Part shown: positions 1-8,603 of the stretch, in pieces
How the letters are laid out: every line of letters begins with the position of its first letter
How positions within the stretch are numbered: position 1 is the first letter of the stretch
Origin: a virus
Lineage: Duplodnaviria > Caudoviricetes
Length of the DNA stretch: 60,918 bases
IMG/VR virus record: IMGVR_UViG_3300032242_001271
Coordinates: 1 to 60,918 of that record
Direction: 5' to 3' (one strand)
The notes under the pieces: model-generated
What the model was told of the DNA's origin: nothing
The model's input: the letters and a program-made list of their open reading frames with translations, nothing else
Databases searched by the model: none
Position numbers and translations under genes: made by a program

Positions 1-9
1 ATAGACATG

Positions 10-36
10 AAAAAAGCCAGCATTTCTGCTGGCTTT
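10..36 (-). terminator. Intrinsic terminator ending the early-gene operon
   Basis: 10-bp inverted repeat aaagccagca(13-22)/tgctggcttt(27-36), GAAA loop on the minus strand, followed by a U-run. Confidence 0.8.
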
Positions 37-58
37 CTCCAATATAAAGTTTATTTAT

Positions 59-364
59 TTACTGGTAAGTTCTAACAAAACCGGGGGGAAAACGGTTATC
101 AACACTTGATTTATCTAACTCTACAGTAGAAATAACAAGATTATCTGGAAGATAGGTAAAGGAATAGTTAACTACTTCCCATTTTCCAAAATACTTTCGA
201 TGATGAACCTGAAACATTGGCCATTCTTCTGGAAGATCAAGTTCACCATTAGGCCAAATCAAAATGTGGGGGCTAATAGATTGTTCAGGATCATCCTGAG
301 ATACAATTAACTCATCCCATTCATTAACTGTAAGTCTAGTCTTAACATAATAATATTTTTTCAT
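59..364 (-). CDS. Hypothetical protein
   Basis: 101-aa ORF, ATGA overlap with the upstream gene. Confidence 0.7.
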   Translation of the reverse strand: MKKYYYVKTRLTVNEWDELIVSQDDPEQSISPHILIWPNGELDLPEEWPMFQVHHRKYFGKWEVVNYSFTYLPDNLVISTVELDKSSVDNRFPPGFVRTYQ

Positions 365-576
365 ACATCCAATCCTTTGGCTCTAAGTTTCATAAGAATG
401 TTTTTAAAATTTCTGGTAGAAGCAGGAGTAGAAGACATTACAATAATATCTTCATAATTATCGGGGGGATAAAACTGTAGGTGATTACTTTTAGCTTTAG
501 TTACCACCCATCCTTCCTTCCTAGCTTTCTTTACAATCTTTCTAATATCCTTGTTAGATGATAACTGGTTACCCAT
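361..576 (-). CDS. hicA: HicA-like mRNA interferase family protein
   Basis: 71 aa, basic; pattern DIRKIVKKARKEGWVV..KSNHLQF..P...STP typical of HicA-fold proteins with the catalytic His. Confidence 0.65.
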   Translation of the reverse strand: MGNQLSSNKDIRKIVKKARKEGWVVTKAKSNHLQFYPPDNYEDIIVMSSTPASTRNFKNILMKLRAKGLDV

Positions 577-680
577 ATAGGTTCACATCTGCTCCAATCC
601 CTCGCCGTAAATAAATAAATAATATTTAGATAAAGGTTAATCTAAACATTGAACTTGAACATATAGCAAAACAATGCTAA

Positions 681-716
681 CTACGTACCTTCCAACGGGT
701 ACCTCTACGTACCTTC
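681..716. repeat. 12-bp direct repeat (possible operator)
   Basis: ctacgtaccttc at 681-692 and 705-716, third partial gtacct at 699-704. Confidence 0.6.
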
Positions 717-786
717 TGATAGATATCCTTTTGGTGTCATGGATACATTTTCAGCTTATTTTGGAACGCACGTCAGCCTGTTATTT

Positions 787-855
787 TCACTTTAACATCA
801 ATATTCCTATTGTGAATAATGTTATTGCTATTAGGTTAATAATTATATCCATCAT
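787..855 (-). CDS. 22-aa hydrophobic membrane peptide (not in ORF track)
   Basis: MMDIIINLIAITLFTIGILMLK, GAGGGA RBS-like sequence, starts just after the upstream stop. Confidence 0.4.
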   Translation of the reverse strand: MMDIIINLIAITLFTIGILMLK

Positions 856-856
856 C

Positions 857-1066
857 TTATCCCTCGATTAATACTGGTTTGAAGTCATAGTTATAATCCA
901 TATCCCAAACCACACTATCAGGATCTTCTGGGAAGGTTACATATTCATCTGCTAGAAAGATAGCAAACATTTCATCATCAGCTTCTACCTTTACTGTTAT
1001 TGTTTCTATTCTAGAGATAGTAACATTATAATGATTCATAGTCTTGCCCCATTTTTTTGAAATCAT
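857..1066 (-). CDS. Small acidic protein, DpnD/PcfM-like pattern (start may be 1039)
   Basis: YNVTISRIETITVKVEADDEMFA motif. Confidence 0.65.
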   Translation of the reverse strand: MISKKWGKTMNHYNVTISRIETITVKVEADDEMFAIFLADEYVTFPEDPDSVVWDMDYNYDFKPVLIEG

Positions 1067-1122
1067 GCTAATATCTTACTCTTGTTCTTAGGATAATAAT
1101 ACCTAAAAGCGTGATAATTAAA

Positions 1123-1332
1123 TCAGCTAAGAACTAGATTATCTTTCTTCAACAAATCACGATAAGCTTGCTTCAAAGCATTCATCATATCAGAATGATC
1201 TTCAAAATCTTCCTCATCATAACCCCAAAACTGAATACTATGAAGGAACTCTAAATCATTCTCATCCACAACAAAAGCAGAAATAACATAATGTCCAGTC
1301 CCGCTTTTTCTCTCAACAGTAAGCCTATTCAT
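1123..1332 (-). CDS. Hypothetical acidic protein
   Basis: 69-aa ORF in a tightly packed operon. Confidence 0.7.
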   Translation of the reverse strand: MNRLTVERKSGTGHYVISAFVVDENDLEFLHSIQFWGYDEEDFEDHSDMMNALKQAYRDLLKKDNLVLS

Positions 1333-1520
1333 ACCACAATCCCCATTCTCTCGAAACGAATAAAACTACCATCATTAAACTCAACCATAAAATGATTAAC
1401 AATATCAAAATCACCGCCATCAGCAAACTGCTTCAAAACAGTCTTCACATAATCTGAATCATGCACAAAAGTATCATCATTAATATTCTCAGTATAAGAA
1501 ACCCAACTCATATCATTCAC
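1329..1520 (-). CDS. Hypothetical protein
   Basis: Track ORF 1329-1544 trimmed to the GTG at 1520, just after the upstream stop. Confidence 0.6.
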   Translation of the reverse strand: MNDMSWVSYTENINDDTFVHDSDYVKTVLKQFADGGDFDIVNHFMVEFNDGSFIRFERMGIVV

Positions 1521-1522
1521 CT

Positions 1523-1681
1523 TTACTTTGGACCCGGAAACCAATGACGTTCTGTACTTTCATCCCAACCCGAATCTTCAACATAATCAGACTCAGAATA
1601 TTCATCATCAAGTTCAACCTCATCATCATCAGAAATATCAGCAGGATCATACCCACCATCAGGAATATTAGGCAGAGACAT
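1523..1681 (-). CDS. 52-aa very acidic peptide (not in ORF track)
   Basis: MSLPNIPDGGYDPADISDDDEVELDDEYSESDYVEDSGWDESTERHWFPGPK; GAGGAG upstream; fills the operon gap. Confidence 0.65.
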   Translation of the reverse strand: MSLPNIPDGGYDPADISDDDEVELDDEYSESDYVEDSGWDESTERHWFPGPK

Positions 1682-1686
1682 AAAAG

Positions 1687-1878
1687 TTACTCCTCACTCG
1701 AAATCGAGACCACATCATCAAAAACAGTAATATCATGATTAGAGAATCTCCACTCAATAAGATCATCACCAAACAAAAGCTTATTACTAGCAATAGTTTT
1801 GGCTTTAAACTTATCTTCAGCCTCAATCACAAAATCAACAACATTAACCTCTCGACAAGCAACATGAAACTTAGGCAT
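1687..1878 (-). CDS. Small protein, DpnD/PcfM-like pattern
   Basis: MPKFHVACREVNVVDFVIEAEDKFKA; TGATG overlap with the upstream gene. Confidence 0.7.
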   Translation of the reverse strand: MPKFHVACREVNVVDFVIEAEDKFKAKTIASNKLLFGDDLIEWRFSNHDITVFDDVVSISSEE

Positions 1879-2069
1879 CAATCTTCCTTCTGATAGCACT
1901 TATAGATACGAACCTGATCATTACTATAATTAACAACCATACTAGAAATCTCACCAAAACGAGCAGACTCAAGAATATATTTCATAGCATCATCAATATG
2001 CATAGTCATATCAAACTCCATAGCATTAATATCAATGCCATCAGTCATAGTCCAACGATAATCACTCAT
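1878..2069 (-). CDS. Hypothetical protein
   Basis: ORF coupled to both neighbours; start trimmed to MSDYRW. Confidence 0.6.
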   Translation of the reverse strand: MSDYRWTMTDGIDINAMEFDMTMHIDDAMKYILESARFGEISSMVVNYSNDQVRIYKCYQKED

Positions 2070-2235
2070 TCTCATCAACCTCAATCAAATCCCACTCCGA
2101 ATAAAAACCAATAACATTCCACTTAAGATCAAAATGACCAACTTCCATTAAGTCAGCAAGATCACTCTCATCCCTAGCCTCTAGGATAATCTTAGCCTCA
2201 CTCAATTCCTGATATGTTACTTCATACTTATTCAT
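2062..2235 (-). CDS. 57-aa DpnD/PcfM-like paralog (not in ORF track)
   Basis: MNKYEVTYQELSEAKIILEARDESDLA...; ATGA overlap with the upstream gene. Confidence 0.7.
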   Translation of the reverse strand: MNKYEVTYQELSEAKIILEARDESDLADLMEVGHFDLKWNVIGFYSEWDLIEVDENE

Positions 2236-2468
2236 ACCGTTAAATACTCCATTCCATCTTCATATTCAACTTTATAGCCCAATCGAATCAATTCATTCAA
2301 CTCATCATAAATATCAATCTCATAATCGTCATGACATCCCCATTTATGTCTGGGAATATTATTAGCAATCTCTCCAGCCTTAACAATAGCTTCATCTTCA
2401 TTCTCCGCCTCAACCACAATAGTTGTAGAATCAGAGCGAACAACATCTACAGCATACTTTTTCATCAT
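2232..2468 (-). CDS. DpnD/PcfM-like small acidic protein
   Basis: MKKYAVDVVRSDSTTIVVEAENEDEAIVKA. Confidence 0.75.
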   Translation of the reverse strand: MMKKYAVDVVRSDSTTIVVEAENEDEAIVKAGEIANNIPRHKWGCHDDYEIDIYDELNELIRLGYKVEYEDGMEYLTV

Positions 2469-2872
2469 TCTCCCGTCTGAAGTTTACGTTGAGCAATTTC
2501 TTCTTTCCTAGTCTCACGAAAGAAGTTAATCATATCTCGCTTAGCCCAAGACCAAGCAATAGGATCATCAATATGAGTAAGCCTATCAGCAGTCATCTGA
2601 CCAACAATAAGCATTTCAATAGCATCATCATCAAACTTATGATCATAACGATTCTTAATCAATTGATCCACCGGAATGGTATTATCATAATCATCAGGAT
2701 CAGGAAGTTCAAAGCCAAACTTAGAGATAATATCTCCAGCAATACAATGAGCATATTCTACGTGTTCATCTGTATAAACACACTCACCATTATCAGAAAT
2801 AGGATTCTTACAATCATCAGCAACAAAATCCAGCATCTTATAGATATCATCCATAGTAATAACCTTATCCAT
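2465..2872 (-). CDS. Hypothetical protein
   Basis: Start trimmed to MDKVIT; C-V-Y...H-C-I-A-G motif. Confidence 0.7.
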   Translation of the reverse strand: MDKVITMDDIYKMLDFVADDCKNPISDNGECVYTDEHVEYAHCIAGDIISKFGFELPDPDDYDNTIPVDQLIKNRYDHKFDDDAIEMLIVGQMTADRLTHIDDPIAWSWAKRDMINFFRETRKEEIAQRKLQTGE

Positions 2873-3218
2873 TACTCTTCTCCATTTCAATAGTAATTTC
2901 TTTAATCGACATAACAATATCAAAAGAATCCGTAGGACTATCTCCCCACGAAAATCCACCAGTAAAAATTACAGCAGAATCTTTGACTTTCAGAAACGCA
3001 ATATCATTTGCATAATTACACACTTCCTCGAAAGCTTCAACAAGATTAAATAAGATTACTCTAGGATTATCAGCTTCGTAATCATCATCATAAAGATTAC
3101 TCATAAGTTTATCGATAACTTCATCTGAAGTATTATTAATAAAATGATTTAAGTCGTGGAGAAATGTAGGGAGATCACTACCAGTATCCACATATGAATA
3201 AATATAATCAGCACCCAT
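2865..3218 (-). CDS. Hypothetical protein
   Basis: MGAD...TGGFSWGDSPTD; acidic. Confidence 0.7.
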   Translation of the reverse strand: MGADYIYSYVDTGSDLPTFLHDLNHFINNTSDEVIDKLMSNLYDDDYEADNPRVILFNLVEAFEEVCNYANDIAFLKVKDSAVIFTGGFSWGDSPTDSFDIVMSIKEITIEMEKSNG

Positions 3219-3220
3219 TA

Positions 3221-3667
3221 TTACTTCTTCCCAAGTTTCTTCCAAAACTTCTTTGTTTGCATAGCATTCATACTTTTAGTCAACTGACTAATAGCAATAG
3301 CCTGACTATTAATAGTAGTATTCATTTCCTCAAGTCGATTCTTCAAATCTTCGCCAATAGCCTTCTCAATCTTCATCTCAACAAGATCAGCAAACTGCGA
3401 ACCTTCCATCAATGTATCTGAAATATCACCGGCAAGGTAAGTTGCAATATCATCAAGATTGTTATCACGGATCTTATCGTGAAGGGCATCTGAAATATCA
3501 TCCCAATCAATATTGTCAGCAACAACCTGAGCAATATCATCTTTGTCAATCTCTTCAGCGATATCTGAAGCAAAAGAAGAATTGTCAAAGATTGCTTCTT
3601 TTACAATTCGGGAAATAGTCTCATTCATATCATCATCATCAAAACGAATAGTAGCTTCAAAAGTCAT
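3221..3667 (-). CDS. Hypothetical acidic protein with C-terminal coiled coil
   Basis: Repeated D-[IL]-A-x-x-I-D pattern; 148 aa. Confidence 0.7.
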   Translation of the reverse strand: MTFEATIRFDDDDMNETISRIVKEAIFDNSSFASDIAEEIDKDDIAQVVADNIDWDDISDALHDKIRDNNLDDIATYLAGDISDTLMEGSQFADLVEMKIEKAIGEDLKNRLEEMNTTINSQAIAISQLTKSMNAMQTKKFWKKLGKK

Positions 3668-3680
3668 TTTATTATTCTTT

Positions 3681-3869
3681 CTAGTTAGTTGTTTCGTTAT
3701 TAAGGAATGTATCTACATTAAAGATTTCATAAAATCCAGCATCAGGACTAAATACTAGATCTTCCATATTAAAGCTTTCAGCAATATCCTTAGCTTCATC
3801 AATACTAGAAGCCTCAATATTAACTTCAGCAGAAGTTGTATCATAAAAAACAATCTTATACTTATTCAT
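3681..3869 (-). CDS. DpnD/PcfM-like small acidic protein
   Basis: MNKYKIVFYDTTSAEVNIEASSIDEAKDIA; GGAG RBS. Confidence 0.7.
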   Translation of the reverse strand: MNKYKIVFYDTTSAEVNIEASSIDEAKDIAESFNMEDLVFSPDAGFYEIFNVDTFLNNETTN

Positions 3870-3880
3870 ATTATCTCCAA

Positions 3881-4240
3881 TCATGATGGTGCAATACCAC
3901 AAAAATACCAACTATTGTCATCTACCTGCATAGCAATAGCATCATTCCACTTATCATTAAAAAGATTAGCAAACTCAGATGCCTTACTCTCATTGCCAAT
4001 AAGTTCAATTAATCTTGGAGTCGGAATCTGCCAAGAAAGATTAAGCTCATTCGCAATCTCTTCTGCTTCATCAACAGATAATTTCTTACCTAAATCCAAA
4101 AGAACATATCCAGATTTTTCACAAATAGTTCCAGTATATCCAGCATGACCATGCCAATAAAAAGCATCTTGAACACCATTACGAAAAGCCTCACCAACAG
4201 TCAAGCCATCATAAATACAATGAAATTCTTCAGCACCCAT
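3881..4240 (-). CDS. Hypothetical phage protein
   Basis: 119 aa, HGHAGYTGTICEK...DKW motif. Confidence 0.75.
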   Translation of the reverse strand: MGAEEFHCIYDGLTVGEAFRNGVQDAFYWHGHAGYTGTICEKSGYVLLDLGKKLSVDEAEEIANELNLSWQIPTPRLIELIGNESKASEFANLFNDKWNDAIAMQVDDNSWYFCGIAPS

Positions 4241-4479
4241 TACTTATTATCCTTTCTAAAGTCAAAATCAGAAAAACAAACTGCACAAATACGATTGCCT
4301 TCATACTTATAGACAGGAGAATCGCAATCACAAGGCTCGCAAAAATCCCAATCCCAATTTGGATAATGCTCATTCACATAATCATAAACATAAGATTGAC
4401 CACCAACTTCATAAAGATTAGTCAGTGTTTGAGCTAATTCATCAGTATAATTTGGAATGATAAAACTATATTCAGTCAT
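4240..4479 (-). CDS. Hypothetical protein with CxxC...CxxC zinc-binding motif
   Basis: CEPC...CAVC. Confidence 0.7.
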   Translation of the reverse strand: MTEYSFIIPNYTDELAQTLTNLYEVGGQSYVYDYVNEHYPNWDWDFCEPCDCDSPVYKYEGNRICAVCFSDFDFRKDNK

Positions 4480-4655
4480 GATTCCTCATTTATCATAACA
4501 CTAAGGACAATAGAATCATTGGGATCTACATCAACTTCATCACCATACTCTTCCCAATTTTTTAAAGCATCTTCAAAAGAATATGCGTATACTTGATAAC
4601 AAATATTCACACTCTTCTTAACAGTTACATAATAAGACTGCTCTTTGCTTTCCAT
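4476..4655 (-). CDS. 59-aa DpnD/PcfM-like paralog (not in ORF track)
   Basis: MESKEQSYYVTVKKSVNICYQVYAYSFEDALKNW...; ATGA overlap. Confidence 0.65.
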   Translation of the reverse strand: MESKEQSYYVTVKKSVNICYQVYAYSFEDALKNWEEYGDEVDVDPNDSIVLSVMINEES

Positions 4656-4657
4656 AA

Positions 4658-5104
4658 CTAAAACTTCCTAGTCTTATTGATAATCTTCTCGCTCTTATGA
4701 ACAAGAGCATGAATAGGTTTACCCCAGCAATCGAGGTTAAGACAATCTTGCATATCATTATTTACATCAAACATCATATAGCCATGCTCAATCTTTCGAT
4801 CAAGAATAAACCAAGCAAAAGATTTCTGTACAATATAATAAGGAAAATGACACTTTGCTAAAGCATCATTAATACGTCGCTTAGTAGTAGCAGTAAAGTA
4901 GCCACCATTATTGAAGAAATAACTACCATCTTCTCTAATACCGAAGATAACAGTCTTATGATACTGAAGACCATAAATATCATTACCAAACATATCTTCA
5001 GTCTTAACTACATAAGTAGCATGACATAAATGACGACTCTCATCATTACGTCCATCCTCAATAAACTTTCTTAGCTCTTCACGATAATCTTTTGAATTAC
5101 TCAT
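4658..5104 (-). CDS. Hypothetical phage protein
   Basis: 148 aa, YHKTVI...NNGGYFTATTKRRIN motif. Confidence 0.75.
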   Translation of the reverse strand: MSNSKDYREELRKFIEDGRNDESRHLCHATYVVKTEDMFGNDIYGLQYHKTVIFGIREDGSYFFNNGGYFTATTKRRINDALAKCHFPYYIVQKSFAWFILDRKIEHGYMMFDVNNDMQDCLNLDCWGKPIHALVHKSEKIINKTRKF

Positions 5105-5331
5105 TTGTTCAACTCCTGAATTCTATTTTTGCAAGCTTGACACAACGGAAACTTATGAGGATCTCTAGTAGGAATAAACCTAACACCACAAAGAGCCAAT
5201 ACCGGAACCCCATTAATATAGCCATTCATAATGTCATCCTTAGGAACAAGATGAGCAACAGAAGGCTCTTCAAAATCTAAATCCTCAACTATATCTTTGA
5301 TAATTTCGGGAATAACTTCAGTAACTATCAT
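5101..5331 (-). CDS. DUF3039-like zinc-binding protein (actinobacterial family)
   Basis: AHLVPKDDI..GYINGVPVLALCG..FIP.RDP.KFPLCQAC. Confidence 0.75.
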   Translation of the reverse strand: MIVTEVIPEIIKDIVEDLDFEEPSVAHLVPKDDIMNGYINGVPVLALCGVRFIPTRDPHKFPLCQACKNRIQELNK

Positions 5332-6065
5332 GAAAACTCCAATGTAAGTTGTCCATTTTCTTCATTACGTCGATTAATACGTCGAGACTTAGCACTAATG
5401 TTTGCTTCTTCCCATTCAGACCAAAAGATATTTGACTCTTCATCTTCACGGTTATCAAACCACAAATCATAAATAGCTTCTGTCATATCTTTCTCATCAT
5501 AATAAGGTGTACCATCATCATGATGACCAATAATGGAATAATCATTATAGAATAACCAATCCTGAACTGCTTCACCAAAACCATCTTCAACAATGCACTT
5601 CTGACCAAATGATACCCAAGAACAATTAGCCGTATCTTCGATATCAACAATAGTTGCAGCCCAAATGCGTCTTGAATAATCATCATCATCAAGAACCGGA
5701 TACACTTCTCTAATATAACTAGCAATATCTACAGCATACTTAAACCACTCAGTAATATCATCATCAGTAATACTATCGTGAGCGATAGATTCTTTTAGGA
5801 TCTTTGCACATAACTGATCACTATGACCTACAAGCCAATGACTAAGACCAACCTCATAAAAGTTCTCATCATAAACTTCATCGCCAAACTTATGTTTGAT
5901 ATCAGCAATTGCACAATCCCAATTGGAAAGGTCAACAATAGGAGAATCACGATGCTTATTGATACCAGCAAATCCCCAAGTATCGAACATCTCTTCAAAA
6001 CCAAACCAACCAAAATCAGAAGGTTTAGTCAAAGCCTGTTTCGCAAGTTTAACATAATCTGACAT
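5328..6065 (-). CDS. Hypothetical acidic phage protein
   Basis: 245 aa; RDS..SNW, HWLVG, YPVLDDDDYS motifs. Confidence 0.75.
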   Translation of the reverse strand: MSDYVKLAKQALTKPSDFGWFGFEEMFDTWGFAGINKHRDSPIVDLSNWDCAIADIKHKFGDEVYDENFYEVGLSHWLVGHSDQLCAKILKESIAHDSITDDDITEWFKYAVDIASYIREVYPVLDDDDYSRRIWAATIVDIEDTANCSWVSFGQKCIVEDGFGEAVQDWLFYNDYSIIGHHDDGTPYYDEKDMTEAIYDLWFDNREDEESNIFWSEWEEANISAKSRRINRRNEENGQLTLEFS

Positions 6066-6073
6066 TTCAATTC

Positions 6074-6310
6074 CTATTCAGTAGGTTCATCATTGTTAAT
6101 AACATTACCATAACTCTCGAGTTGCACAATAAGCTGAGAGTAAATATCACTCATATCATAACCCTCACCCATATCAATGTCATTAGCAAACTGACAAAGA
6201 CGAGCAAGAATAACTACTCCATCAATATCAGTATCAATATTAACTGATACAGGAGTACCTGCATAATTACTATCAATCTCTAAAAAATCCATATCATCTC
6301 CTATAACCAA
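6074..6310 (-). CDS. Hypothetical protein
   Basis: Acidic ORF in operon. Confidence 0.6.
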   Translation of the reverse strand: MVIGDDMDFLEIDSNYAGTPVSVNIDTDIDGVVILARLCQFANDIDMGEGYDMSDIYSQLIVQLESYGNVINNDEPTE

Positions 6311-6414
6311 ACTTTCAGTCTAATCATCTCATCCATCTTCTTATTCAACTCTTCAAGTTCAGACTGAATAAGTGCGACAAGATTCATCAACGCGACAATA
6401 TCAACATCAAGCAT
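6301..6414 (-). CDS. Possible small hypothetical protein
   Basis: 3' part of track ORF 6301-6522; fills the gap between genes. Confidence 0.4.
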   Translation of the reverse strand: MLDVDIVALMNLVALIQSELEELNKKMDEMIRLKVWL

Positions 6415-6811
6415 CAACATTCTCCAACTCTGAAATCTCAAAACTGAAGTTATGCTTCTGTTCACGATTGAAGTTGTCGATAATACGCTTACGGAAACTT
6501 GCATCTGTTTCTTTACTGACATTGGTAGTCAAACCAATATGCTTATGAACATCAACAGGGGTAATGGGAACACCAATCTTTTTCCCATCTTTCCAATAAC
6601 TAAGAATGTTACCAAAAAGCTTTTCATATACTGCAATACGAGAATAGAAGATAAACTCATTCTCTTCAGTAATACTTCCCATACCAATACCCATTGTAAG
6701 CCAAATCAAAGATTCAGTTACAGGATTAAGTTTATCTGTACCATCATCATTCTTCTCCCAACAAAGAGTTTCTTTGTCAGTAATCTTTGTAAGATCCCAG
6801 TTTAATGACAT
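6407..6811 (-). CDS. Hypothetical phage protein
   Basis: MSLNWDLTKI...HIGLTTNV; GAAAGG RBS. Confidence 0.75.
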   Translation of the reverse strand: MSLNWDLTKITDKETLCWEKNDDGTDKLNPVTESLIWLTMGIGMGSITEENEFIFYSRIAVYEKLFGNILSYWKDGKKIGVPITPVDVHKHIGLTTNVSKETDASFRKRIIDNFNREQKHNFSFEISELENVDA

Positions 6812-6824
6812 ATCATTCTACCTT

Positions 6825-7073
6825 TCAGTTAGCCTCATACATGAATACTTCAATCCAACGATTATCAATATACTTCTCAATAGTCACAGCATTATCATAC
6901 GGCATACCATCATAAGTATCACAACGGGAAAGCCAAACCTTAAAAGTATCTTCACTGATTTTCAAATCATCAGCGAAACCTTGTTCAATAGTTTCGATAC
7001 TTTCAAGATACTCTAACTTAAGATTCAAATACTTATCAGGAATCTCAATATCAATAATCAGTTCTTGTTCCAT
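6825..7073 (-). CDS. Hypothetical protein
   Basis: 82-aa acidic ORF, coupled start. Confidence 0.65.
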   Translation of the reverse strand: MEQELIIDIEIPDKYLNLKLEYLESIETIEQGFADDLKISEDTFKVWLSRCDTYDGMPYDNAVTIEKYIDNRWIEVFMYEAN

Positions 7074-7315
7074 CAGTTATCAATCCTTTCAGCTTTAAAC
7101 ATATCACTATTAATCACCAAATTAATAGCCTTACCAACACTCTCATTACAAACAACACCACCAAACGTAGCAGCAGGAACTGAATGATAATGATACTCAG
7201 CACCTGTCTTAAAACGAACAAGCATAATCTTGCTCTTAACAGAATAAGCAACAGTTTCTACATTGCTTGAATCGTAAACATCACACACACGATCATACTT
7301 AACATCATTCATCAC
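7073..7315 (-). CDS. KTSC domain protein
   Basis: SSNVETVAY...MLVRFKTGAEYHYHSVP...SVGKAIN matches the KTSC consensus. Confidence 0.8.
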   Translation of the reverse strand: MMNDVKYDRVCDVYDSSNVETVAYSVKSKIMLVRFKTGAEYHYHSVPAATFGGVVCNESVGKAINLVINSDMFKAERIDN

Positions 7316-7527
7316 TTAACTCTCTTTCCCTTAGTCAAAGCTGGAAGATCACCGAAAGGAATACCTAGATACTTAGCAAAGCAACGCTTATTACAGAAAG
7401 GACCATAATCATTATAAAAGTAATGATTACGAACTCCCGGTTTCTCAAAACATTCAAAACAATAAGCACTGCCAATTACATCTTCTTCTTGAAGAATAAC
7501 TTCTGGAATATCGACAATAGTCATCAA
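7312..7527 (-). CDS. Small zinc-finger protein
   Basis: CFEC...FCNKRC. Confidence 0.65.
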   Translation of the reverse strand: MMTIVDIPEVILQEEDVIGSAYCFECFEKPGVRNHYFYNDYGPFCNKRCFAKYLGIPFGDLPALTKGKRVK

Positions 7528-7925
7528 AATACCTGATTGAAACTTTCTTTGTGAAGTAGGAACTTAAGAGGATCGATTACTTCATACTCAAAACCACACC
7601 AATCATATTCACCACTAACTTCATCCTGAATCCAATTCTCTTCATCATTCTCAGGATTAACATCTGTAAGAAACTCAGCATCTGCACTCCAATAAAGAGT
7701 TCGAGGCATATCAGAAAGCAATTCCTGAATATCACTCACAGCTTTATCGAAACCCTGCCAAGTATAATTATCTAAAGGCTCTACATATGACCAATAATCA
7801 GAAGGTAAAGGACCATGCCAAAGTTCCCAATTAATAGCACGATCAATATCAAACATCTGCTTATAATTAAAATTAGGATATGCAGCAATAACTGCATTGA
7901 TAACTGCTTGCTCATTACTCATCAC
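7524..7925 (-). CDS. Hypothetical acidic protein
   Basis: 133-aa ORF, overlapping start/stop. Confidence 0.7.
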   Translation of the reverse strand: MMSNEQAVINAVIAAYPNFNYKQMFDIDRAINWELWHGPLPSDYWSYVEPLDNYTWQGFDKAVSDIQELLSDMPRTLYWSADAEFLTDVNPENDEENWIQDEVSGEYDWCGFEYEVIDPLKFLLHKESFNQVF

Positions 7926-8158
7926 TTAACCAACTTTCGGCAATTAATCTTTTGACCATTATCAAGAACAGCAACAGCATTATCATGACCATAACCGTCA
8001 CGGAAATACTCAACATCAACAATCGTACCAATACGAATAAGATTAGGCTTACGCAGAATCTTACCGATAAGGTAATCGAAATCACGAAGTTCATGATTAT
8101 ACGACAGACTAAGATAATCTACATTCTTAATCACATTTTTACAATCAACATTGCGCAT
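7922..8158 (-). CDS. Hypothetical protein, first gene after the promoter
   Basis: 78 aa, AGGGG RBS. Confidence 0.65.
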   Translation of the reverse strand: MRNVDCKNVIKNVDYLSLSYNHELRDFDYLIGKILRKPNLIRIGTIVDVEYFRDGYGHDNAVAVLDNGQKINCRKLVK

Positions 8159-8206
8159 TACTTCAACCCCTTTTTGTAGGTTATTGATTAGGTGCTTCTG
8201 TCAATA

Positions 8207-8235
8207 ACTATAGTCGGTTGAAGAAGTTGGGTCAA
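8207..8235 (-). promoter_or_regulatory. SigA/sigma70-type early promoter
   Basis: TTGACC-17 nt-TATAGT on the minus strand in an intergenic gap. Confidence 0.75.
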
Positions 8236-8363
8236 ATGCAATTTAATTCCTCGATAAAAGGTGTCGTCAATATTGCTCGGCCACAAATCTTTTGCTCGAT
8301 ATAAAGCTTAAGGTTGCGACCGCGCAACATTAATCATTATCTTGTGAAAGTTTAATATATGAA

Positions 8364-8597
8364 TTATTCACCATCATGCCATGAGTAAAGTTTCTCATCA
8401 CCTAATTCAAAATTGTCAAATGAGTCATCAATAATATCCGAACGATGAACAATAACTACTTGCCCATGCATTTCACCATGCTCGATTCTAATCTCAATAT
8501 TATCTTCTATAATATCTAAAATAAATCCTGTCTTTGGGATAGGATCATTTTCGAGATAAAACTCGACAGTGGTATGCAACTTAATATTCATAGACAT
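8364..8597 (-). CDS. Hypothetical small beta-barrel-like protein
   Basis: 77 aa, beta-rich pattern. Confidence 0.6.
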   Translation of the reverse strand: MSMNIKLHTTVEFYLENDPIPKTGFILDIIEDNIEIRIEHGEMHGQVVIVHRSDIIDDSFDNFELGDEKLYSWHDGE

Positions 8598-8603
8598 ATT
8601 ATA

